Positions 9,126 to 17,924 of a DNA stretch of 64,000 nucleotides are shown piece after piece. A program made the translations under genes and the position numbers. Source of the DNA: Armatimonadota bacterium (lineage in GTDB: Bacteria; Armatimonadota; Zipacnadia; UBA1398; JAKPQA01); the NCBI GenBank assembly GCA_029547025.1, contig JAKPQA010000226.1, positions 26,586-90,585 of the forward strand, given 5' to 3'. Under the pieces are notes generated by a model. It did no database searches and had not been told where the DNA came from. It saw only the letters and a list, made by a program, of their open reading frames with translations. Within the stretch, counting starts at the first letter, position 1. Each line of letters starts with the position of its first letter.

Positions 9126-10289
9126 ATGAGACCGGGGGCGCGGCCCGGCCCGGTGGGGGCGAGTGGGCCCCCGAAACTCAGATCGTCCTTCTGGGACAGC
9201 CCGGCGGGCTTGCTGCTCTACAACGGTGCCCAACAAGCGGCGCGAGTGGCGTTGGTCGCGGTGGGCCTCTCCCTGGTCTTCCTGGGGTGGGGGGTGCTCG
9301 GCGGGCACCTGGTGAACGCGCAGTTCGCGGACTCGCCGGACACGGCGCAGTTCCGGCTGTGGTCGACGGTGTTCTGCTATGGCTGCCTTCTGCTCGCCGT
9401 CTCGGTAGTGATTCGCTATCACCAGGAAGACGGCTACATGATGAGCCTGCTCGGGCTGGGGGCCTTCGCGACTTTCGGCGTTCCCTTCCTGCTCAACAGC
9501 ATGCTCGGCGCGTTGAACGCCGATCTGTCGTCCCATGCGGGCGCCGATGCGGTGAATGACGCGGGGCGAGCGTCGGGTATCGCCATCTTCATCCTGGTGG
9601 GCGCGCGATTTCTGGTTTATGGGGCGCTCCGATTGATGGCGGCCGCCGCGCACAAGGTGGAGCCGGCGCCCGAGGGGTTCGAGGTCCTGGTGGAGAAGTC
9701 AGGCGGGCAGGCTGCCCGTCCGGCACCGGGTAGCCCTCGCACCTTCGCGGCCTGCTGGGAGTTGCCATTCTGCAGTGAGTATGTGCGGTCCACGTGTCCC
9801 CGCTTCGCGGAACGGAAGTCCTGCTGGAAGCGCAAGAGTGGGTGTCACTGTGATGTGGATCTGCTGGGGGCGGCGCTGGGGCTGGATGCCGTGGAGAAGG
9901 GCCTCCGGTCGGCCAATCGCATCACGCGTCAGGCGTTGCAGGATGCGTCGGGGCGCAAGATCGCCTGCGGTGAGTGCCGGATCTTCATCGAGCACCAGCG
10001 CCGGAAGTTTCGCCTGCTCTCCGCCTTCGCTCTGCCGGTGACGATCCTGCTGCTTCTGGCACTCCGGCCTCTGATCGGGCAGCTCTGGGGCGCGGCTGTG
10101 GTGGGCCTGGCGCGTGTGACGCAGGTGGTGGCCTTCTCGTCGCCGGGCACGGAGCGGGCCACGCAGCTGGTGACCGACCTACAGTCTGAGGCCATGGTCT
10201 GGGCGATCGTTGTGATCTCGGGGCTGTTCTTGCTGAGCGGCGTGGCGCGGCTGATCGAGTGGCTCGTGCTGCAGGTGAAGGTGATTTAG
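9126..10289 (+). CDS. Multi-pass membrane protein with a cytoplasmic Cys-rich (two CW dipeptides) domain
   Basis: About 5 N-terminal and 2 C-terminal TM segments flank CWELPFC-x7-CP-x7-CW-x5-CHC...CGEC; GAGG before ATG 9126. Confidence 0.75.
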   Translation: MRPGARPGPVGASGPPKLRSSFWDSPAGLLLYNGAQQAARVALVAVGLSLVFLGWGVLGGHLVNAQFADSPDTAQFRLWSTVFCYGCLLLAVSVVIRYHQEDGYMMSLLGLGAFATFGVPFLLNSMLGALNADLSSHAGADAVNDAGRASGIAIFILVGARFLVYGALRLMAAAAHKVEPAPEGFEVLVEKSGGQAARPAPGSPRTFAACWELPFCSEYVRSTCPRFAERKSCWKRKSGCHCDVDLLGAALGLDAVEKGLRSANRITRQALQDASGRKIACGECRIFIEHQRRKFRLLSAFALPVTILLLLALRPLIGQLWGAAVVGLARVTQVVAFSSPGTERATQLVTDLQSEAMVWAIVVISGLFLLSGVARLIEWLVLQVKVI

Positions 10290-10305
10290 GGGCTGCCAGG
10301 CGTCC

Positions 10306-11625
10306 GTGGGGGCGGCGCTTGGGTCGAGGGTGGGGACGCGGGTGCACGGACCGACGCGGTGCGTGATCTTGGGGGGCGGGCAGGGGCGCCGGCTCTATCC
10401 TCTCACGGCTCAGCGCGCGAAACCTGCGGTGCCGCTGGCCGGCAAGTACCGGCTCATCGATGTGGCAGTGAGCAACTGCCTGAACTCGCGGCTTCACCAG
10501 ATCTATGTGCTGACCCAGTTCAACTCGGTATCGCTGAATCGGCACGTGACGAACACCTATCGATTCGACTCATTCTCGGGTGGATTCGTCCAGATTTTGG
10601 CTGCCGAGCAGACCACCGAGAACATGGACTGGTACCAGGGCACGGCCGACGCGGTGCGGCAGAACCTCAGGCATCTGGAGCTCGAGTCGGCGGGTACCGT
10701 GGTGATCCTCTCGGGCGATCAGCTGTACCGGATGGACTTCCGGCGGATGCTCAGCGCGCACCGTGCGTACGACGCGGACATCACCGTGGCCGCGACGCCT
10801 GTGCACGCCGATGCGGCCCGGCGCTATGGTGTGCTGCGGACGGATGCCGACGGGTGGATCCGCGAGTTCGTCGAGAAGCCGACGGATGCGGAGACTCTGG
10901 ACCGGCTTCGCGTGCCGCCGGAGACTCTCGAGGCCTCGGGGGTGGAGGCGGGTGACCGGACTCATCTGGCCTCGATGGGGATCTACGTCTTCAACCCGCG
11001 GGTGCTCGAGGAGGCGCTGGCCGACGAGTCGCACTCCGATTTCGGGAGCCAGGTCATTCCGGCTGCCATCGGGAGGCATCGAGTGCTGGCGTTCGTGCAC
11101 GATGGCTACTGGGAGGACATCGGGACCGTCGAGTCGTTCTACCTGGCCAACCTGGCGCTTACGGACACGGTGCCGGCGTTCAACTTCTTCGACGAGGAGG
11201 CGCCCATCTATACCAATCGTCGGGGGCTACCGTCATCGAAGATTAACGCGTGCACCATGTCGCACTGCGTCATCTCCGAGGGCTGCATCATCGACGACTC
11301 GACGCTCTCGCGGTGCGTGGTCGGGCTCCGGTGCGTTATTGGCTCGGGCTGTGACATTCGTGACTCCATACTGATGGGATCAGATTACTACGAGCGGGCA
11401 CGTACCGAGCGCGACGCTCGTGGGACGGATATTCCCGCGTTGGGGATCGGCAAGAACGCCGTCATCCGCCGAGCCATCGTGGACAAGAACGCACGCATCG
11501 GTGAGGGCGTGCGGCTGGTGAACGAAGCCGGGGTACGCGAAGCGTCAGGCGAGAACTACGTGATCGTCGATGGGATCATCGTGATTCTGCGTGGCGCCGT
11601 GGTCCCCCCGGGCACCGTCGTGTGA
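10306..11625 (+). CDS. glgC: Glucose-1-phosphate adenylyltransferase
   Basis: ILGGGQGRRLYPLT, RAKPAVP, WYQGTADAV, FVEKP, YWEDIGT and C-terminal beta-helix; the start could be GTG 10306 or 10342. Confidence 0.95.
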   Translation: MGAALGSRVGTRVHGPTRCVILGGGQGRRLYPLTAQRAKPAVPLAGKYRLIDVAVSNCLNSRLHQIYVLTQFNSVSLNRHVTNTYRFDSFSGGFVQILAAEQTTENMDWYQGTADAVRQNLRHLELESAGTVVILSGDQLYRMDFRRMLSAHRAYDADITVAATPVHADAARRYGVLRTDADGWIREFVEKPTDAETLDRLRVPPETLEASGVEAGDRTHLASMGIYVFNPRVLEEALADESHSDFGSQVIPAAIGRHRVLAFVHDGYWEDIGTVESFYLANLALTDTVPAFNFFDEEAPIYTNRRGLPSSKINACTMSHCVISEGCIIDDSTLSRCVVGLRCVIGSGCDIRDSILMGSDYYERARTERDARGTDIPALGIGKNAVIRRAIVDKNARIGEGVRLVNEAGVREASGENYVIVDGIIVILRGAVVPPGTVV

Positions 11626-11674
11626 GGCACCGTCTTGGCGTCACTGCGCTTTCGGGGCCACGGGCCCAGATCCC

Positions 11675-13921
11675 TCAGAACCCACCGCCGGAGGGTAGCG
11701 TCGTGTCCACGAGGCTGCTCGACGACCCGGAGAGGAGTGAGCTGCCTGTCTTGAAGGAGGGGAACGCCTTCAGCGTGAGTCCAAACTCGAACTGGTTCCG
11801 TGGGATATCATAACTTAGGGAAGAGTAGAAGTCATGGTGCTCCCACGTGAGTCGGAACTTGCTTGTACTGAACTCGCTCCTGCCGCCGTCGAATCTCGCC
11901 TGCCATTCGAGCCGCCAGTTCCGGTGGAGGGACACATCGAACTGGGAGCTCACGGTGCTCAGCTGGTTCTCATATAGGTTGTAGAGCCCGCTGAGCGACA
12001 GGTAGTAGCGGTTGATCTTCGTGTAGTTGTAGCTCACGTTCAGGGTACGCCACCGGTGGTTCTGGAGGTCATAGCCCGTACTGGCCGTGAGATTGGACAG
12101 CCCCTTCCGGCGGTTGAATGACATTCGGATGTCGCCCCAGCGGCCGGCCTGGATGTCGTAGGACGAGGACACGTCCGCCTGTGTGCCCTGTTCCGGGGTG
12201 AGCCTGAGGGCGGCGCGGACCGAGTGCTGCTTGGTAGCGTAGTCCTGCCGGAATGGCGTGTAGCCATCGTAGGTCTTCCAGTTCCAGGCCAGGTCTAGCG
12301 CCGCGGCCGTGCCGAACTTGCTCCGGACCGTGGCCTGGGAGCCGAGGGTGTAGAGGGCCTCGTCGGAGCGGTAGATGCGCTGCTGGAAAGCTCCCGCCAG
12401 GGTGGCCGTGGTGCTCTTGCCGATCTTGATGGGGCTGTAGGAGCCCTCCAAGTCCATGGCCAAGCGCAGGCGGTCGATCTCGTTGGCGGTATCGACGAAG
12501 CGGCCCAGGCTCAGCTTGCCGCGGCTGGTGAATGATTGGAGCTCCAGCCCCCAGTCACGGAAGTCGATGCTGGCGGTTGCGTTGGGTCGGCGGTCCAGGC
12601 TGGAGTAGCTGTCGTCGCCCGTGTACTCCGTACCATCGAGGTCAAACCGGCGGTCATAGATGACATCGAAGTCGGCCACGCCGGTGGGTTGGCGGAACTC
12701 CAGGTTCGCGGTGAGCTCGCGGTCGTAGAGCCCGTCGCCCACGTCGTACGACGAGTACTGAAGCGCGGCCTCCGCGTTCGCCTTCTGCGTTTCGCCCCAG
12801 AGCTCCCGGGCCAGGGTCACCGCCGCCGTGGTGTTGGAGCGCGTCTGTGTGGTCGTCGTCGTGTTCTGCGTGTAGTTCGCCGTCAGACTTGTTCGTCCCA
12901 CATTACGGGACAGGCTCAGGTTGGCGGCCTGTGTGGTGCTCTGGGTGCTGACCGCGGCACTTGATTGCCGCAAGTCATAGCTGCCGGTCAGGTTGGTGCT
13001 CTGGCCGAAGCGCTGCGAATGGGAGAGGCGGCCCGTGAAGTTGCGGCTCAGGGTGCCATAGGTGATCAGGGATGAGCCATAGCCGCTGTTCCCGAGCTCG
13101 TATGCGTACTCATGGCTGATCTTCGTCCCCTGCAACTCCGTAACGCGGACATCGATGGCCCCGTTGGAGTTGTAGAGGTAGCGGGTCTCACCCCATAGGC
13201 CCTCGTAGCTGTTCTGGCCGATGGTTGGGAAGATGTCACCCCGAGTGAACCACCGGGTACGGATCGAGAAGCCCGGGAACCAGAAGAAGGTGTGCCCCTT
13301 GGCCTTCAGCTTGATGGCGGACGTCTCGACGTGCTTCCCGCGACGGTAGACGCGCACGCGACGGGCGGACGCGCCCAGGTGTGGATCGCGGTACCGGTCG
13401 CAGGGCGTCACGAACGCATCATGGATGACCAGCTCCTCGAGGTCACCCTCGAGCCGGTCACCCCAGACGTAGATGGGTGCGCTGACCTCACTGCCGAAGA
13501 AACTGGGCGGCAACTCCAGGCGGCACTCTTTGGCCCGGTAGGTGGCATTCGTGAAATCGACCCACACCCACACGGCCTCGATGACCTGGTCCTGCCACTG
13601 CACACGAACATGCCCGGTGAAGACGGCCTGGTTCTTGCCGGTCTCGAATGTGCAGTTGTCGGCCGTGATGACAGAGTCCTGGTAAGTAATCTCGACACTG
13701 CCACTATAGACAATGGTATCGCGCTCTGGCACGAGTTGGATGTACATGGCTTTGGCGTCGACAGCGGACGAGGTGCTGGCCGAGGGCGCCGTGGCACCGG
13801 CTGGCGGCTCCAGGGGCGGTGCGGCCTGTGGCCCGATGAAGTAGTCCTCGCCGGCCCCCTGCGCGAACGCACCGGCGACGGCCACACCAGCGGCCGCCGC
13901 CATCAGGGTCCACCGGACCAT
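11675..13921 (-). CDS. LptD/OstA-like outer-membrane beta-barrel protein
   Basis: Signal peptide; OstA-like jelly-roll (TIVYSGSVEITYQDSVITAD, VFTGHVRV); FVTPCD..PH..ASARRV; long amphipathic Tyr/Ser/Thr-rich beta-strand C-terminus ending in Phe. Confidence 0.7.
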   Translation of the reverse strand: MVRWTLMAAAAGVAVAGAFAQGAGEDYFIGPQAAPPLEPPAGATAPSASTSSAVDAKAMYIQLVPERDTIVYSGSVEITYQDSVITADNCTFETGKNQAVFTGHVRVQWQDQVIEAVWVWVDFTNATYRAKECRLELPPSFFGSEVSAPIYVWGDRLEGDLEELVIHDAFVTPCDRYRDPHLGASARRVRVYRRGKHVETSAIKLKAKGHTFFWFPGFSIRTRWFTRGDIFPTIGQNSYEGLWGETRYLYNSNGAIDVRVTELQGTKISHEYAYELGNSGYGSSLITYGTLSRNFTGRLSHSQRFGQSTNLTGSYDLRQSSAAVSTQSTTQAANLSLSRNVGRTSLTANYTQNTTTTTQTRSNTTAAVTLARELWGETQKANAEAALQYSSYDVGDGLYDRELTANLEFRQPTGVADFDVIYDRRFDLDGTEYTGDDSYSSLDRRPNATASIDFRDWGLELQSFTSRGKLSLGRFVDTANEIDRLRLAMDLEGSYSPIKIGKSTTATLAGAFQQRIYRSDEALYTLGSQATVRSKFGTAAALDLAWNWKTYDGYTPFRQDYATKQHSVRAALRLTPEQGTQADVSSSYDIQAGRWGDIRMSFNRRKGLSNLTASTGYDLQNHRWRTLNVSYNYTKINRYYLSLSGLYNLYENQLSTVSSQFDVSLHRNWRLEWQARFDGGRSEFSTSKFRLTWEHHDFYSSLSYDIPRNQFEFGLTLKAFPSFKTGSSLLSGSSSSLVDTTLPSGGGF

Positions 13922-14255
13922 TCCCGCTGTCCATCGGCCTCTCACGCCTGGTACGCCCGTCCGTCAGCTGCGCCCCGCCCGCGGAGCGGTATCAAGCCCA
14001 GTCACCGCCTGGAAGCATCAGGCGAGCCGGCCGCGCCGGTGGGCTCCTGTCGCATATACGCATGCCCGCACGCGCGCCTTCAGGGGGCCGGGCGCGCCGC
14101 CACCACCTGGCTTCCGGGCCCGGCATGCTTCACCCTTCAGGTGCATTGGCGGTCGCTCGGGCCCGGGTGGTGGTCGGAATGGCCGTACGCCGCCCACGTG
14201 GTTACTCCCATGGCGCCGCTCCGCAGCCAGCCCCACGTGCCGCTGGAGCCCCACG

Positions 14256-15278
14256 TTACCGCCAACGCCCTTCTTTGGGGGGCCTCCGCACACCCAGCAT
14301 GTCGACGAATGTCTCGATACGGATCCGGGTCGCGCCATCGACGGGCCCCGGCCGGTCGCCCTCGAGGGTGAGGATGGGCACCGGCAGGTGCCGTCGTAAC
14401 AGCAGGTCGGCGATCTGGCGGAAGCAGAAACTCTGAACATAATGAATAAGTCCATCGATACGGCGCACCGCGATCTGAGCGCCGATGTCATCCAGTCGAG
14501 GACCTACCCCGTAGGGGTACGTGTACTGGAGGTACTGGTCTACCAGATCCCTGGCGGGGAAGGGCATGGCGAACTGGCGGGGTACCTCCGCAAAGACGAC
14601 GCGGGCGCCCGCCTCCTCGACGCAGTCGTGCAGGCCATCGATCATGGGTGGCACGCCGAGCAGCCCGATGCGGGGGCCGGCGTCGCCGGCTGGATCCTCC
14701 GTGTGCCGCAAGATACCCAGCAGCCGCTCCGCGAACTGCTCTGGGTTGCCGCACATATCGGAGCACGAGACCAGTGCCCAGTGGGCTTCGGCTCCACCGA
14801 TGCGGCCTTCGGCCCAGGCGACCCGGTCGATCTCCAGCGCCATGCTTCGGACGGCATCGAGGCGGTTCTTGGCGGCCCGCACGGCATCGGGCGTGGCCCC
14901 GCAATAGGCGGCCAGTGCGGAGATCTCTCGCGCCAGCGGCTCGGGTTGCCGGCTCTGCGGGAATGCGAAGGGGATCGTCTCGATGCCATCATCGCGCAGC
15001 ACTTCGCCGAGGGCGTGAGTTTGCGAGCAGTCACCCTCGGAGACGATGATCACCCGCCGGAGCCCCGACCGGTGTGCGGCGGTGTAGATGCCTTTGATCC
15101 AGGCGCAGCAGTTGCGGGGGAACCCTTGCGACTCGGCCCACTCCACCCATGCGAGCGGGTCCTCCGAGCCCACGAAGACGTTGTTGAGGTCCACCGGGAT
15201 GCGGCCCGCGGCGTAGAGGACCTCACTGGGGACCGTGCTCGTGATGCCGATGCGCGGGTCGTCCGGTCCCGTTGTCAC
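14256..15278 (-). CDS. 2-hydroxyacyl-CoA dehydratase (HgdB/FldB-like) family Fe-S protein
   Basis: IGITSTVPSEVLYAAG, NCCAWIKG, GDCSQT, DGLIHYVQSFCFR, PILTLEGD..TRIETF; GTG 15278 lies just after the queE stop, so the track start at 15560 is an overextension. Confidence 0.85.
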   Translation of the reverse strand: MTTGPDDPRIGITSTVPSEVLYAAGRIPVDLNNVFVGSEDPLAWVEWAESQGFPRNCCAWIKGIYTAAHRSGLRRVIIVSEGDCSQTHALGEVLRDDGIETIPFAFPQSRQPEPLAREISALAAYCGATPDAVRAAKNRLDAVRSMALEIDRVAWAEGRIGGAEAHWALVSCSDMCGNPEQFAERLLGILRHTEDPAGDAGPRIGLLGVPPMIDGLHDCVEEAGARVVFAEVPRQFAMPFPARDLVDQYLQYTYPYGVGPRLDDIGAQIAVRRIDGLIHYVQSFCFRQIADLLLRRHLPVPILTLEGDRPGPVDGATRIRIETFVDMLGVRRPPKEGRWR

Positions 15279-15279
15279 G

Positions 15280-16077
15280 CTAGGCCAGGCCGAGGAACCG
15301 GTGGCACTGAGGGATGACCCGGACATCCCGCACCTCCCGGGCGGCCGCCTGCGCCAGGACCCAGAGCCGCTGGGGGTCGATGAGCAGCCCACCATCAGGG
15401 CCGGTCGCCGGTTGCAGGATGCACGGGATCGACGGATCGACCTCATTGACGATCGCGCAGCCCTGGAGCACTTCGCCCAGGGGGGTCTTCTGCACGACGA
15501 CCATCTTGACGAACACCTCGGCGGAGCAGGCCTCGCGGAGGCAGAGCAGGTGGTCGGCATCGCGCCAGGGCTCGCCGGTGGCGGACGGCAGTTTGATGTC
15601 CATGGCGATCCAGCTCACGACAGGTGCCAGGAGTCGCATGCCCTCGGGCAGCGTTCCGTTTGTTTCAAGATAGCAACTAAATCCTAGTGACCCGAGGTGA
15701 CCCACGAGCGGGCGCAGCGGGCCAGCGTGAAGTAGTGGCTCGCCCCCGGTCAGCGCGACGGAGTGGTGAGGGCCGGCGGCGGCCTCAGTCTCGCGCACCA
15801 GGTCGACCATGTTCGCGAGGCTGATGGGGTTGGGGTATACGCGTGGCTCGGAAGAGGGTCGGAGCACCGTGCAAGTCGCCAGGTCGGCCCGTCGGGAGCG
15901 GCGCGTGTCGCAGTACTCGCACATGAGGTTGCATCCGCAAAGGCGGACGAAGACCTGCCGGATGCCGACATATGGCCCCTCCCCCTGAATCCCGCTGAAG
16001 ATCTCGTCCACGGGCAGAGTGAAGGGGTCGCGTCGCGCGTCGGGTTCGGCTATGGACTCGAGCTCAGTGTCAGCCAT
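15280..16077 (-). CDS. queE: 7-carboxy-7-deazaguanine synthase (radical SAM)
   Basis: EIFSGIQGEG, FVRLCGCNLMCEYCDT, TGGEP, LETNG, VRVIPQCHR; adjacent to queD. Confidence 0.9.
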   Translation of the reverse strand: MADTELESIAEPDARRDPFTLPVDEIFSGIQGEGPYVGIRQVFVRLCGCNLMCEYCDTRRSRRADLATCTVLRPSSEPRVYPNPISLANMVDLVRETEAAAGPHHSVALTGGEPLLHAGPLRPLVGHLGSLGFSCYLETNGTLPEGMRLLAPVVSWIAMDIKLPSATGEPWRDADHLLCLREACSAEVFVKMVVVQKTPLGEVLQGCAIVNEVDPSIPCILQPATGPDGGLLIDPQRLWVLAQAAAREVRDVRVIPQCHRFLGLA

Positions 16078-16126
16078 ACGCCCCCTACCGCCATCGCCAT
16101 GGCGCTCCCCACGGCGGTGGAACCTC

Positions 16127-16516
16127 CTAGTTGCCGATGAACACCGCCACGGCTCCTGGGCTCTCCGAGACCTCGACACGCGCGAGCCGGACAGTTGACG
16201 GAACCGCGCCGTCCGCCGCCAGCTCGGAGGCGAGACGGGCGTGCACGGCTCGGGCGATGACCTCAGCCGTGGGGTTCGGCGCCAGCTCCGGCAGCGGAAG
16301 GTCGTTCAGCAGCTGGTGGTCCAGCTCGTCGAGGACGCGTTTGAGGCAGGCTCGAAGCGTCGCGAAGTCGACCAGCATGCCCAGGGAGTCGAGCTCGTCG
16401 CCAGCGACGACGGCGCGCACGAGGTAGGTGTGCCCATGCAACCGGGCGCACTTCCCCGAGTAGCCATCGACCCGATGGGCCGAGTGGAAGTGATCTTCGA
16501 CCGCCAGTTCGTACAT
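16127..16516 (-). CDS. queD: 6-carboxy-5,6,7,8-tetrahydropterin synthase
   Basis: FHSAH, GKCARLHGHTY, GMLVDF, LDHQLLND, NPTAE, VEVSES. Confidence 0.92.
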   Translation of the reverse strand: MYELAVEDHFHSAHRVDGYSGKCARLHGHTYLVRAVVAGDELDSLGMLVDFATLRACLKRVLDELDHQLLNDLPLPELAPNPTAEVIARAVHARLASELAADGAVPSTVRLARVEVSESPGAVAVFIGN

Positions 16517-16558
16517 AGCCTCCGGACGGAGCCGAAGCTCCCTTTCGCCCAGCATCGA

Positions 16559-16774
16559 TCAGCCCGTTGGGGCATCGTCTTTGGGGCCCTCTGTGGGCTC
16601 CGGCGGATCCTGCGAGCTCTTCTTGAACTCCTTGATGCCGGTGCCCAGTCCCCGCATGAGCTCCGGGATCTTGCGCGCGCCGAACAGCAGGACCACGAGA
16701 AGCAGGATGATCAGGAGTTCGCTCGAGCCCACGAAGCCGACGCCGAGGACGGAGTCGGTCAGGATGCGTAGCAT
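16559..16774 (-). CDS. tatA: Twin-arginine translocase TatA/TatE subunit
   Basis: ELLIILLLVVLLFGARKIPELMRGLGTGIKEFKK. Confidence 0.92.
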   Translation of the reverse strand: MLRILTDSVLGVGFVGSSELLIILLLVVLLFGARKIPELMRGLGTGIKEFKKSSQDPPEPTEGPKDDAPTG

Positions 16775-16802
16775 TGGGTTGCCTCCTTGGGCGAACGCCC
16801 CG

Positions 16803-17882
16803 TCAGCGCTCCGAGGGGCGAGCCGGTCTCTCGACAGCGCGGAGGAGCCGGTTGACCTGTTCCTCCGTGCCGACGAGGATCAGCTGGTCTCCTTCGGAGA
16901 TGATGGTGGAGCCGGATGGGTTGATGATCGGCTCGCCCCAGGGTTTGCCGACCCCGACGATGCGGACGTCGGTCTGCGTCTCCTCCTGCATCTCGGCAAG
17001 TGACATGCCAATGAGGTGGGAGCCTAAGGGAACCGTAACCTCATTCAGCCGGAAGGAGCCCGACCCCCCCGCGGCCATGACCTGCAGAAACGAGTGGACG
17101 CCCGGTCGAAGCAGGGCGGCCGCCATCTGAAAGCCTGCGGTCCGGTAGGGGCAGATCACCACATCAGCGCCGGCTCGGGCCAGAAGAGCCTCTGACGGCT
17201 CGTCGGTGGACCGTGCCACGACCCTCGCGTCGGGAGCCATCTCCTGAAGCGTGAGGGCGAGCATGAGGTTCTCGGCGTCGGTGTCCAGCGCGCACACCAC
17301 CCCTGCCGCTCGCTCGACACCGGCCTCAGAGAGGACCTCGGGAACGGTGGCGTCGCCGCATATGATGGTAACATCGGCCAGGTCGTCGGGCAAGTTGTCG
17401 GGCGGGTGCTCGTCGATGGCCACGCACGTGGCTCCTTGCTGGAGCGCCGAGCGAACTGCGGCCATTCCCATTCGACCGAAGCCGCACACCACGATGTGGT
17501 CTTTGAGCCTGGACAAGCGCCGCCGCAACCTCCGCGTCACGATGGCCCCGTGCAGGTGACCCTCGACGACGAATGATGTGATGGTGCCCAGCACTAGAGC
17601 GCCCACCACGACGCTGACGATGACCAGCACGATGGTGAACTCCTGCCCGACCGGATCCAGCGTTCGGACCTCGCCGAACCCGACGGTGGTCATCGTGATG
17701 ATCGTCATGTACAGGGAATCCAGAAAGGGCCAACCCTCGGCGCACATGTAACCGAAGGTACCGAAGGCCAGGACCAGCACGGCCAGGACCAATGGGCGCC
17801 AGAAGAGGGCGGAAACGCGGCCTCCGCCGGATCCGACATGCAGCCGGCGCGTGTGGCTCGCGAGCCCGCGACTCCGCGTCAC
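16803..17882 (-). CDS. Potassium channel with TrkA-N/TrkA-C (RCK) domains
   Basis: Two TMs around the filter TTVGFG; HIVVCGFGRMG Rossmann motif; TrkA-C IINPSGSTIISEGDQLILVG; start uncertain. Confidence 0.9.
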   Translation of the reverse strand: MTRSRGLASHTRRLHVGSGGGRVSALFWRPLVLAVLVLAFGTFGYMCAEGWPFLDSLYMTIITMTTVGFGEVRTLDPVGQEFTIVLVIVSVVVGALVLGTITSFVVEGHLHGAIVTRRLRRRLSRLKDHIVVCGFGRMGMAAVRSALQQGATCVAIDEHPPDNLPDDLADVTIICGDATVPEVLSEAGVERAAGVVCALDTDAENLMLALTLQEMAPDARVVARSTDEPSEALLARAGADVVICPYRTAGFQMAAALLRPGVHSFLQVMAAGGSGSFRLNEVTVPLGSHLIGMSLAEMQEETQTDVRIVGVGKPWGEPIINPSGSTIISEGDQLILVGTEEQVNRLLRAVERPARPSER

Positions 17883-17924
17883 GGTAGCTCACCCGCACAC
17901 CGGTGGGGGCCCACACCCATCGCT

